IMG/VR virus record: IMGVR_UViG_3300049988_000245
Coordinates: 96,001-160,000 of that record
Strand: one strand, 5' to 3'
Length of the DNA stretch: 64,000 bases
From: a virus
Lineage: Duplodnaviria > Caudoviricetes
The notes beneath the pieces were generated by a model. It was not told the DNA's origin and searched no databases. It saw nothing but the letters and a program-made list of their open reading frames with translations. Shown here one piece after another: positions 55,770-64,000 of the stretch; the stretch's first letter is position 1, and every line of letters begins with the position of its first letter. The translations under genes and the position numbers were made by a program.

Positions 55770-55990
55770 CAGTCGCCTATAGCCCAAAATGTCTTCAACA
55801 ACGTTGCTGAGTTAACGTCGTACATTACAATATTAGCCTGCCATGAAACCACGTCTTTTTCATCATAAATCTCCCAGCATGACATGGCGGCCACCGAATC
55901 CTCCGGGAGGTTTTCCTTGCACCACGCGCGGAGTGCTTCAGGGTCCTTGATCCGGATGGTGAAGTCGAACGCGTCGGATTCGGTGGCCAT
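55769..55990 (-). CDS. divergent FKMRW-like small protein
   Basis: AWCKENL..MYDVNSATLLKTFW. Confidence 0.5.
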   Translation of the reverse strand: MATESDAFDFTIRIKDPEALRAWCKENLPEDSVAAMSCWEIYDEKDVVSWQANIVMYDVNSATLLKTFWAIGD

Positions 55991-55994
55991 CGTA

Positions 55995-56228
55995 TTAACC
56001 CTGGGTGATTTCGCTGATCGTCATCGTCTTGGGATCATACCACACGCGGGCGCGATTCGCCCGGTATTCCATCGTGGTGATCATCCCGTCCTCGATAAAA
56101 CTCACGTCGTCCACACCGGGGATGGCGGCGAGCACTTCGATGATCAGGCGCTTGCGGGTTTCGCTTGGCTCGCCGATCGTGCTCACCCCACCGATATCGC
56201 GGCCAATGAATGCGGCTTTCTCAGGCAT
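55995..56228 (-). CDS. I78/I13-type peptidase inhibitor domain protein
   Basis: G...TMEYRANRARVWYD...ISEITQG resembles VTMDYRPDRL...I....G. Confidence 0.7.
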   Translation of the reverse strand: MPEKAAFIGRDIGGVSTIGEPSETRKRLIIEVLAAIPGVDDVSFIEDGMITTMEYRANRARVWYDPKTMTISEITQG

Positions 56229-56231
56229 TTC

Positions 56232-58115
56232 TCACATTCCAATAAATTGCTTGCGATCGTCCGACCGCTTGTCGTTGAACAGAAGGTCCAGCGACTCCTT
56301 CAGCATACCATCGTCAATGATCGGTTGCACCTTCGGCGTGGCCAGGGCGTAGCGCCAATCGTCCCGCTTCAGCGCGGCCAACCCCTTCGCGCGAGTGATG
56401 TCCCAGCCCTTATGCGCATCACCATCGAAGGTGTCGTAATTGTCGTTGAACCAGTATTTGCGCGTCTTTCCCTTGACTGCGATGATCAACGGGGTATCGA
56501 AGATGTAGATGAACGGCTCCTGCTTGGGATCGAACAGATCAGGCCAAAGAGTGTAGAAGAAATTCACTAGAAGGGCTGCAATATTCTTGCCATCCTCGTC
56601 CGCGTCCGTGGCGAAGTAGACCTTGCCGTACCGCAGGGTGTGACGGTTGACCCGCTGGCCCGGCACGAGACCGATCGACTGCATGATCTTGCGGAGCGCT
56701 TCGTTCTCCCAGACCGTCTTGTGTGACTTTCCGAACACGTTCAGAACCTTTCCCCGCAGGGGTAGGCCGCCGTGGATATCGGCGTCTCGGGCCTCGACCA
56801 TGCCGGAGATCGCGCTCTTGCCCTCACCGAGGAAGAGTACGCACTTCTGCCGGTTAATCCCGGAGGCGTCCTCAAGGTCTTCCACCTTGGTGCGGGAACT
56901 CTTCTTGGCGAGCTTGGCCGCGTCGGCGTTGTCCTTCTTCTGGGTCCGCTCGGCGCAGCGCGTATAGACCTCTTCGATCCAGTCGGCGTTGTTCTTGATG
57001 ACCTTCTTGAAAAACTCTGGCTCGGCCAGGGCGCGTTCGACGGTCTTGGCGGATTCCTCATTGATCAACCGGGTCTTGTTCTGGGAATCGAACTTCGGCG
57101 CGTTCATCTCGGTGATGTTGAACACGAGCAGGCCATCGGCGATGTCCGAGCGATTTGGCGTCAGGCGGCGCTTCTTCGACACCGGGGCGAGCGCGTCGAT
57201 CAGGCCGGAGAAGAACTTGCGCTTAAATGCGTCCACGTGGGTTCCGCCGTTGAACGTCGGAATCGCATTCACCAGGGTGTGGCTCATCTCGGAACCATCC
57301 TGGGTGAAGTTCGGCACCAGCCAGAATTGCGAGATAAAGCCGGGTTCACGTACCGTGAAGGCGATCGGCTTGGTGTCCGGGAACACCGTGCGCTCCACCG
57401 TCCCGGCGGTCTCCACCCGCTTACCGTTGTAGTAGACGCGAAGCTGGGGGTAGCACAGAGCCACGTCGAACACGCGGGCACGCACGAACGGCTCGGGCAG
57501 GTCCATCCGGGGGAACACCTTGGAGGACAGCTTGAACTCCACGCGGGTCCCCGTGGGGGCGTTCTTCTTCGCGGGGAGAATCATCGCGTCTTCGATCACC
57601 AGCTTGTCTCCACCGTCGCTGAACCGTTGGGTGAAGCTCTTCTTGTCCCTGGTAATGTCGAGTTGGAAGTACTCCGAGCACATGTTGACGATCGACGCGC
57701 CGATGCCGTTCATACCACGTGAGTTGCCACGATCCTCAAAGTTGCGGCCCGCCTTGGTCTCTGACAGGAGAACTGTTGCCGCATACTGCTGCTCTTCTTC
57801 GTCGAAGTTGATCGGGATTCCCCGGCCGTTGTCGGTGATCGAGAAGATCATGTTCTTCAGGTCGTACGTAATATCGACCCGATCGCCGTGCCCGTGCGTG
57901 ACAATCTCGTCGAGCGCATTGTCGAGCACTTCGCGGAATGCCGTGAACACCGCTGGAATCCACGTATGCGTCTGGATTACCGGCTTTCCGCCCTCGTAAC
58001 CAAGCACCGTTTGGGTGTGTTCGTCACGTGAGCCGAAATACATCTCGTTGTTGTTGCGGGCATGCTGGAAGTCGTTAAGCTTCTTCCATTCCTTTTTTAC
58101 GACCATTTGAATCAC
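56232..58115 (-). CDS. gp39: type II topoisomerase, GyrB/ParE-like subunit (T4 gp39+60-like)
   Basis: EVLDNALDE, DNGRGIP, GMNGIGA GHKL motifs; EGKSA, PLRGK, DADEDG TOPRIM motifs. Confidence 0.95.
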   Translation of the reverse strand: MIQMVVKKEWKKLNDFQHARNNNEMYFGSRDEHTQTVLGYEGGKPVIQTHTWIPAVFTAFREVLDNALDEIVTHGHGDRVDITYDLKNMIFSITDNGRGIPINFDEEEQQYAATVLLSETKAGRNFEDRGNSRGMNGIGASIVNMCSEYFQLDITRDKKSFTQRFSDGGDKLVIEDAMILPAKKNAPTGTRVEFKLSSKVFPRMDLPEPFVRARVFDVALCYPQLRVYYNGKRVETAGTVERTVFPDTKPIAFTVREPGFISQFWLVPNFTQDGSEMSHTLVNAIPTFNGGTHVDAFKRKFFSGLIDALAPVSKKRRLTPNRSDIADGLLVFNITEMNAPKFDSQNKTRLINEESAKTVERALAEPEFFKKVIKNNADWIEEVYTRCAERTQKKDNADAAKLAKKSSRTKVEDLEDASGINRQKCVLFLGEGKSAISGMVEARDADIHGGLPLRGKVLNVFGKSHKTVWENEALRKIMQSIGLVPGQRVNRHTLRYGKVYFATDADEDGKNIAALLVNFFYTLWPDLFDPKQEPFIYIFDTPLIIAVKGKTRKYWFNDNYDTFDGDAHKGWDITRAKGLAALKRDDWRYALATPKVQPIIDDGMLKESLDLLFNDKRSDDRKQFIGM

Positions 58116-58162
58116 TTCACCTAAAACGCTAAATATAAAACCATTTATTTTGGAGTACTAAA

Positions 58163-58708
58163 ATGCTCAGCACACTCTATAGCGTCACGATCGCTGGCGT
58201 CAACAATGCTGCACCGGCCGATGGATTCATCGATTACACGACGATTGAGCAGTACATGGCTCAGGGTTCGATTCCGACCACGTATGCGCAGACCACCGCT
58301 AAGGAACGCGCGAATATTCGCTTCAAGTTCCTTCAACAGCAGATTCAGAACGAAGCCAACGTCTACCTGACTAACTTCGTTGCCGCTGGCGGTTCGTCCA
58401 CCGCTGCCCCGTCGAGCTTTACCTTCACGGCCGAGGTCGAGCGTGGTGATTCCGTTCTGTTCACCCGCGACGAGACCAACAACAATGCCGAGATGACCGG
58501 CATGGACGCGCTGACTCGCTGGATCGCTCGTGCGCTGATCGAGTCCCGCACGACCATCTCGGACGTGTACGACCCCACCAAGGAGACCACACCGGGTAAC
58601 TCCACTCCGGCGGCTCGTTTTGGTGTTCGCGAGACCTCAATCACCGTTGGCAAGCTGTATTCTAATTTGACCACAGCCACTGCGGCGATTACGGTTACCA
58701 AGCTTTAA
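58163..58708 (+). CDS. hypothetical late/structural protein
   Basis: TAAATA at 58130, GGAG SD. Confidence 0.55.
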   Translation: MLSTLYSVTIAGVNNAAPADGFIDYTTIEQYMAQGSIPTTYAQTTAKERANIRFKFLQQQIQNEANVYLTNFVAAGGSSTAAPSSFTFTAEVERGDSVLFTRDETNNNAEMTGMDALTRWIARALIESRTTISDVYDPTKETTPGNSTPAARFGVRETSITVGKLYSNLTTATAAITVTKL

Positions 58709-58736
58709 TTTTCACGAATTATTTTAGAGGTATTTT

Positions 58737-59603
58737 TTGATGCAAGATTTGGATCACAAGCATCTTATCGTAACGGCAACTCTTCGTAACCCGCCCCGGA
58801 CTGCTGAAGCCGTAGACGACTGGATGCGTCGTGTCGTTGATGCTGTCAACATGAAGATTCTTTTCGGGCCGCATGTGATTCGATGCGACACTCCCGGAAA
58901 TGAGGGTGTTACAGGAATCGTCTGTATCGAAACCAGTCATGCCTCAATTCATGTTTGGGATACTTTGGAAGTTCCGTTTCTCAAGTTCGATATCTATTCG
59001 TGCATGCGCTTCGATCCAACCGTGGTCACCGACCTAATCAAAGAGTTCGATCCCTATTACATCCGATCGATGATGCTCGATCGAAACGAAGAGATCAAGA
59101 TCGTAGCAACACACGACGAACAGGTGGCAAGCATTATCGAGATGATGCCGGACGACCTGAGACAGGCATATCTAGAATCGCAGCGCGTTTCTCGTGTTGA
59201 AAATACGGACATTCAGAAGAAAGCCCGGACCGCTTATAATCGATTGGCCTCTAAGTTTTCACTTAAGGCAATTCTTCGTCAGCGGAAGTACGTTGCCGAG
59301 CATCGGTCTACGATCAATTGCATCCGGGCTCGTGCAAAGTTGAAAAATCTTGCCTTCGATCTTGATATCGGATGGTATAATTCGGCACTCGAAGAAGCTC
59401 AGAAGCGATGGCCAAAGCTTATCACGCATGCATCGGAGGATGTTTTCTGGCGAGCCGAAGTTGATCGAATCGATTCCAAGCAGGGGTACACAAAGGACAA
59501 CTGTCGCATTATTCCGGGAGCCCTCAACAAGGCAAAGTGGAATTGGACGCAAGCTGAACTTGGCCTCCTGATTAGTCTTTTGAACGAGGAATTTTCGCGG
59601 TGA
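58737..59603 (+). CDS. speD: S-adenosylmethionine decarboxylase fused to HNH-like C-terminal domain
   Basis: HKHLIV, G.TG.V.IETSHASIHVW, FDIYSC; C-terminal DRIDSKQGYTKDN..I....N..K. Confidence 0.8.
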   Translation: MMQDLDHKHLIVTATLRNPPRTAEAVDDWMRRVVDAVNMKILFGPHVIRCDTPGNEGVTGIVCIETSHASIHVWDTLEVPFLKFDIYSCMRFDPTVVTDLIKEFDPYYIRSMMLDRNEEIKIVATHDEQVASIIEMMPDDLRQAYLESQRVSRVENTDIQKKARTAYNRLASKFSLKAILRQRKYVAEHRSTINCIRARAKLKNLAFDLDIGWYNSALEEAQKRWPKLITHASEDVFWRAEVDRIDSKQGYTKDNCRIIPGALNKAKWNWTQAELGLLISLLNEEFSR

Positions 59604-60961
59604 AACTGATCGGAGCCGTACTTACGCTCCTTGTCGCCCTGATGATCGAGATCGTTGCCGGATACTTCTCCGTCATCGGTCTCGCCGCGTTGTTTGCCGC
59701 TGCGTTCTGGCCTGTCGTCATCATGGGCGGTACGCTGGAGGCGGGCAAGCTCGTGGCCGCCACGTGGCTCAAGGCGAATCTAAAGAACCCGAACGTCGCG
59801 GCCATCCATAAGGGGTTCCTGCTCGTGGCGATTCTCGCGCTCATGGCGATCACATCGCTTGGAATCTACGGATATCTGGCCAAGGCCCATTTGGAGCAGG
59901 AGGCCAACCTTCCGGCGATCGAGCTTCAAATCAAGCAGTCCGAGACACGCATCGCCCAGGCGGATGCCGAACGTCTGCGCCAGGAAGCCCGCCTGGGTCA
60001 GTTGGACCAGAGCGTGTCCGTTCTGCTGTCCAACGCGACCAACGCCAAGGACGCCCGTTCTGCGAACCTCGCGCGTGATGCACAGCGCCGCGACCGCGCG
60101 GACATCCAGAAGCAGATCACCGCGCTCAATCGGGAGGTGAACACCCTGAACGAGGCCCTGGTGCCGCTGCGTCTGAAGGTGTCGGACGTGTCGGCCAAGC
60201 TCGGTCCGGTTAAGTACGTGGCCTCGTTGTTCGGCTGGAAAGACCCGAACTCGGCCGTCCAATTGGTGATCCTCCTGATCATGATCGCGTTCGATCCGCT
60301 CGCCGTCGTCATGGTGCTGTCCGGTACCCTGTCGCTGTCCGAAGCGGTCCGCGAGATGTCGGAGAAGCGAGAGAAGCGCCGCCGCGAGAAGGCCACCAAA
60401 GTAACGGAACTTCCTAAGGGTGAAACCCTGGGGGACCTCGACTTCTTCACGAAAAGACCTGCGATCTCGGTGCCGATCCCGGAGTCGTATTTCAAGCTGG
60501 GCGAGGAAGAACCTCTGGTGACCAGCGTGGATGAGATTCTGGCCCGCCAGAAGCGCGATAAGAAGGCCAAGGAAGACAGCGCCGCCGCCGCCCTACTCCG
60601 TCAGGATGGAGTTGCCTCGAACCTCTCACCGGTCTCCCCTGAGCCCGCAAAGGGCGTTCCTGTGTTTATGTTTGACCCCAACGAGCAGGCGTCGTCCGAG
60701 CCCGCGCCGTCGCCGGTCATCACCCAGACGGTCGAGGTGGAACAGCTACAGCGTGTCCACGAGGACAATGCCCGTCTTACCCGTGCGCTCGACGAGCAGA
60801 ACGCCACATTCGAGGCACTTCAGGCGGAAATTGCCCGTCTTAAGGCGCTGCCAGTCGAGAAAGAAAAATTGACCGATGAACCTAAAACCGAGATGATCGA
60901 ACCTGTGACATCGGCCGGTTTCAACGATTTTATCGACTCACGTATTCAGCCGAGTAAATAA
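59600..60961 (+). CDS. multi-TM coiled-coil membrane protein
   Basis: AGYFSVIGL..LF..LE.GKLV...WL N-terminal TMs, long coiled coil, IAFDPLAV TM. Confidence 0.7.
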   Translation: MKLIGAVLTLLVALMIEIVAGYFSVIGLAALFAAAFWPVVIMGGTLEAGKLVAATWLKANLKNPNVAAIHKGFLLVAILALMAITSLGIYGYLAKAHLEQEANLPAIELQIKQSETRIAQADAERLRQEARLGQLDQSVSVLLSNATNAKDARSANLARDAQRRDRADIQKQITALNREVNTLNEALVPLRLKVSDVSAKLGPVKYVASLFGWKDPNSAVQLVILLIMIAFDPLAVVMVLSGTLSLSEAVREMSEKREKRRREKATKVTELPKGETLGDLDFFTKRPAISVPIPESYFKLGEEEPLVTSVDEILARQKRDKKAKEDSAAAALLRQDGVASNLSPVSPEPAKGVPVFMFDPNEQASSEPAPSPVITQTVEVEQLQRVHEDNARLTRALDEQNATFEALQAEIARLKALPVEKEKLTDEPKTEMIEPVTSAGFNDFIDSRIQPSK

Positions 60962-60986
60962 TAGACGGCTTTAAGAGGACCCTATT

Positions 60987-62294
60987 GTGTCTGAACTCGA
61001 TTCAAACCTGTTTTGCTCATTCTGCACTAAGCCATCCACCGAGGTGAAGAAGCTTATCGCTGGTGATGCCGTCTATATTTGCGACGAATGCATTGATCTT
61101 TGCCACGGAATTCTTCATGAGGCTCCGGTGGAGAAGCGTGAATCTGGGTCCAAGTCGGTTGGATCATCCAAAAAGGTCGAGGAGGAAGAGGAAGAGGAAG
61201 TTCCGACGCCGCGTTCGATCAAGGCTCATCTGGATCAGTACATCATCGGTCAGGACGTGGCAAAGACCGCCGTCGCCGTCGCGGTGTACAACCACTATAA
61301 GCGGCTGGCCAACCCGATCGTCGATGAGGTGGAGTTGGAGAAGTCCAACATCCTACTCCTCGGACCGACCGGCTGCGGTAAGACGCTGATTGCGCAGTCC
61401 ATCGCCCGCCTGCTCGACGTGCCGTTCGCGATTGCCGACTGCACCGCACTGACCGAAGCCGGATACGTCGGCGACGACGTGGAATCGGTCATCACCAAGC
61501 TGCTCCAGAACGCCGATTACGACGTGGAGAAGGCTCAGCGGGGCATCGTCTATTTGGACGAGATCGACAAGAAGGCCCGCCGGGGCGAGACCGCATCGGG
61601 ATCGCGCGACGTGTCCGGTGAGGGCGTGCAGCAATCCTTGCTGAAGCTCCTCGAAGGTTCCGACATCATGGTGCCTGCGGCGGGTGGGCGGAAGTCCGCC
61701 ACCGGAGAGATGTACAAGGTCAACACCAAGAACATCCTCTTCATCTGCGGCGGCGCATTCGTGGGGATCGACAAGATCATCGAACAGGAACTCAACAAGG
61801 GTTCGGGTCAAATTGGATTCGGTGCCAAGTCGGTTGGCAAGAGCAAGATCGAGGTTTCCGCGCTGTTCAAGATGGTTGAGCCTGAGCATGTGGCCAAGTA
61901 TGGACTCATCCCTGAGCTTGTTGGGCGTCTACCGATTCTCGCGCCTCTCCATGAACTCACCGAGGATCAGCTTGTTCACGTGCTGACCGAGCCCCGCAAC
62001 GCGGTGACGAAGCAGTTCGAGAAGCTGTTCAAGCTCGACGGGGTCGAACTCACCTTCACCACGGACGCACTCCAGGCGGTGGCGAATCTCGCGCGCAAGC
62101 GTAAGACGGGTGCCCGTGGCCTGCGCGGGGTTATCGAACAGTATCTGATCTCGCTCCAATTTGATCTTCCGGACCTTGCCAAGGACGGTGTAACCGGTGT
62201 GATCATCGACGAGAAGGTGATCCGATCTGGCGGCACCCCCGAGTTGATCCGTGCGGTTATCGAGACCCCCGCAACCCCCGCCACAGGAGAGTAA
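60987..62294 (+). CDS. clpX: ATP-dependent Clp protease ATPase subunit ClpX
   Basis: CSFC..CDEC Zn-binding domain, GPTGCGKT, GYVG, LDEIDK, IGF loop, GARGLR. Confidence 0.97.
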   Translation: MSELDSNLFCSFCTKPSTEVKKLIAGDAVYICDECIDLCHGILHEAPVEKRESGSKSVGSSKKVEEEEEEEVPTPRSIKAHLDQYIIGQDVAKTAVAVAVYNHYKRLANPIVDEVELEKSNILLLGPTGCGKTLIAQSIARLLDVPFAIADCTALTEAGYVGDDVESVITKLLQNADYDVEKAQRGIVYLDEIDKKARRGETASGSRDVSGEGVQQSLLKLLEGSDIMVPAAGGRKSATGEMYKVNTKNILFICGGAFVGIDKIIEQELNKGSGQIGFGAKSVGKSKIEVSALFKMVEPEHVAKYGLIPELVGRLPILAPLHELTEDQLVHVLTEPRNAVTKQFEKLFKLDGVELTFTTDALQAVANLARKRKTGARGLRGVIEQYLISLQFDLPDLAKDGVTGVIIDEKVIRSGGTPELIRAVIETPATPATGE

Positions 62295-62577
62295 GTTGGC
62301 TTTTACCTATCTGGTCGAGCGGCGCGTACAGCCGCTCGAATCGATGAACCAAGGTGATGCCCATGAGGTGTCGTTCGAGATTCATCGGGATGACCTGTAC
62401 ACACCCGACGCTCCGGTCCTCTCCGGTGTGGTGGACTGGCAGGATGGGGTGAATTTCTACTATCAGCAGTTCATCGATCCGGGCGAATTCACCGAGATCA
62501 TGGCGTGCGCATTCGAGGCGGTCAAAGAAGCCCGAATTATGATTGGCGAAAGATGGTGCCAGTCCGAACCAAAGTAA
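62251..62577 (+). CDS. hypothetical protein
   Basis: Follows clpX; start probably TTG near 62296. Confidence 0.5.
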   Translation: MRLSRPPQPPPQESKLAFTYLVERRVQPLESMNQGDAHEVSFEIHRDDLYTPDAPVLSGVVDWQDGVNFYYQQFIDPGEFTEIMACAFEAVKEARIMIGERWCQSEPK

Positions 62578-62653
62578 TATTGCGAGATTCTCACAATAAT
62601 ACTAAGATAAAATCGTCAACATTCTTTTGAATTTACTGGAGTTTCATTTTTAA

Positions 62654-62890
62654 ATGTCTGATAAGCACCGTAACGGCCCGTTCGAAAACAAGCGTGGCCT
62701 CTGCGTCGAAGTCCGTAACAACTCGATCGAAGGCGCCATCCGTCTGCTCGGCCGCAAGGTCAAGCAGGAGGGCCTGATTCGTGAAGTCCGCCGCCGTCAG
62801 TACTACGAGAAGCCCTCTGTGATTCGTTGCCGCCGCGACGCGGAAGCAATCATTCGTCGCAAGAAGGCCGATTCGCGCCGCGATCAGTGA
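62654..62890 (+). CDS. rpsU: 30S ribosomal protein bS21 homolog
   Basis: V.VRNNSIE.A.R.L.RK...EG...E.RRR.YYEKPS..R.R...A..RR.K. Confidence 0.9.
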   Translation: MSDKHRNGPFENKRGLCVEVRNNSIEGAIRLLGRKVKQEGLIREVRRRQYYEKPSVIRCRRDAEAIIRRKKADSRRDQ

Positions 62891-62904
62891 CGCCCGGTCC
62901 ACTT

Positions 62905-63231
62905 ATGGACGCAAAGATCGCCCGCCGTCTCTGGCGGGCGGTTGTGTTTATGGAGGGGAACGTCGCGTACCTCGTCCAGCAGGGTGATTACGCCCGCGTT
63001 CCGCTCCCACCCTACTCCACCGACCTCGACGAGTCCCACCGCGTAGTCCGGTATATGCAGTCGAAGGGTTTCTACGCCCGGATTCGTCATGATCCGGAGA
63101 CGGGTGAGTACCGTGCGTGCTTTACCCTACAGGATGATCGTGTGTACGTGTGGAGCAAGGCCCGGATCATGCCTATGGCGATCTGTCTGGCCGCGCTCGC
63201 GGCTTTCGACGGGTCGAACGTCACTAAATAG
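62905..63231 (+). CDS. phage ABA-sandwich domain protein
   Basis: PPYSTDL..S..VV, A...PMAICLAAL motifs. Confidence 0.7.
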   Translation: MDAKIARRLWRAVVFMEGNVAYLVQQGDYARVPLPPYSTDLDESHRVVRYMQSKGFYARIRHDPETGEYRACFTLQDDRVYVWSKARIMPMAICLAALAAFDGSNVTK

Positions 63232-63235
63232 ACCC

Positions 63236-63838
63236 ATGCGATATCACGAATTTTCCTCCCCCGAGATCGACGAAGCCTTCATCGACCTGGGCCGGAACGA
63301 CCCCGCCACGCTGATCAAGGGTCAGTCTCTCGACCCCAATGAGGAAGAGAACTTCCATCGTGTTGATTCTCGGACGTTCTTCCGGGTGATTTCCCGGCTG
63401 CGGCAGAACGATTTCAAGCGCCTCAACGCGAATCTCCCTTCGAAGGGTCTGCACACGCTGAGCGTCTATCCGCTCAATGACTACGCGGGGATGGATTGCT
63501 TCATCGGAAAGAACAACTCCTCGGGATTCGCTCTGCATGATGGCGAACTCGTCTCGGTGTTCTCGACCCAGCGTAGCTCGGGTGACGCGATTGTGTCCTC
63601 AGCGGTCAAGAACGGCGCCAAGCGCCTCGACTGCTTCGCGATTCGTCAGAACGGTAAGATCACCGGGCCGCTCTATCGGCTGTATTCCCGCCACGGCTTT
63701 GTGGTGGACAGTGAGAACAACTCGGGCACTCCGGGGGAGCCCTACGCGACCGTTGCGGGCGTCTCGGATTTCGTCAACGACGCCGGGGAGGTTGAACCTC
63801 ATAACCCCGCCGTCGTCGTGTTCATGAAGCGCCGCTAA
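63236..63838 (+). CDS. GNAT-like domain protein
   Basis: GELVSVFS..GDAIV..AVKNGA.RLDCF..L..LY..HGF; TAAATA-N5-ATG; MRYHEF start. Confidence 0.6.
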   Translation: MRYHEFSSPEIDEAFIDLGRNDPATLIKGQSLDPNEEENFHRVDSRTFFRVISRLRQNDFKRLNANLPSKGLHTLSVYPLNDYAGMDCFIGKNNSSGFALHDGELVSVFSTQRSSGDAIVSSAVKNGAKRLDCFAIRQNGKITGPLYRLYSRHGFVVDSENNSGTPGEPYATVAGVSDFVNDAGEVEPHNPAVVVFMKRR

Positions 63839-64000
63839 TTCGATTTGATCATCGCGGTGGCCTCGTTCAAGGCGAGTTGCAGGCGGGCGAACCCCCTGTG
63901 GTTCTTCGTCAGATTGGCGTTCAGATAGAGCCGCTTGTGGACCTCGAACATCATCGCCGACAGGCCCGAATAACCCCGCATCCCCGTGGGGACCATCGTG

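Noticed and set aside
56812-56830. EGKSA instead of EGDSA in TOPRIM as a sign of inactivation
   Set aside because: The catalytic Glu and DxD are intact; a single substitution is insufficient evidence for a claim.

Overview
A 64 kb segment of a large, GC-rich T4-superfamily (jumbo-myophage-like) phage genome. The host is probably alphaproteobacterial; this is inferred from Tat-type leaders, a beta-barrel OMP gene and the ClpX type. Recognisable genes: class Ia RNR (nrdA, nrdB, glutaredoxin), type II topoisomerase subunits, PAAR spike, virion and tail-fibre proteins, an Acb1/57B-like 2H phosphodiesterase, Gp157 and Bet recombination genes, a Cas4-like nuclease, a 3'-5' exonuclease, GIY-YIG and HNH endonucleases, an Smr protein, an HD hydrolase, AdoMetDC, ClpX, ribosomal protein bS21 and three tRNAs (Asp-GTC, Glu-CTC, Glu-TTC). 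Five structures are not explained by ordinary annotation. (1) A plus-strand cassette between nrdA and nrdB encodes fragments of T4-type major capsid protein (two with twin-arginine leaders) and a 64-aa portal fragment. (2) About 30 small paralogous ORFs in tandem arrays all end in a DAFxFKMRW-like motif. (3) A textbook -1 frameshift signal sits at the end of a scaffold-like gene. (4) A 20-aa Asp/Glu-rich leader peptide with alternative hairpins and a terminator lies just upstream of the Asp/Glu tRNA genes. (5) TAAATA late-promoter boxes recur, several exactly 5 nt before an ATG. All product calls come from motif recognition by eye; no database search was run.
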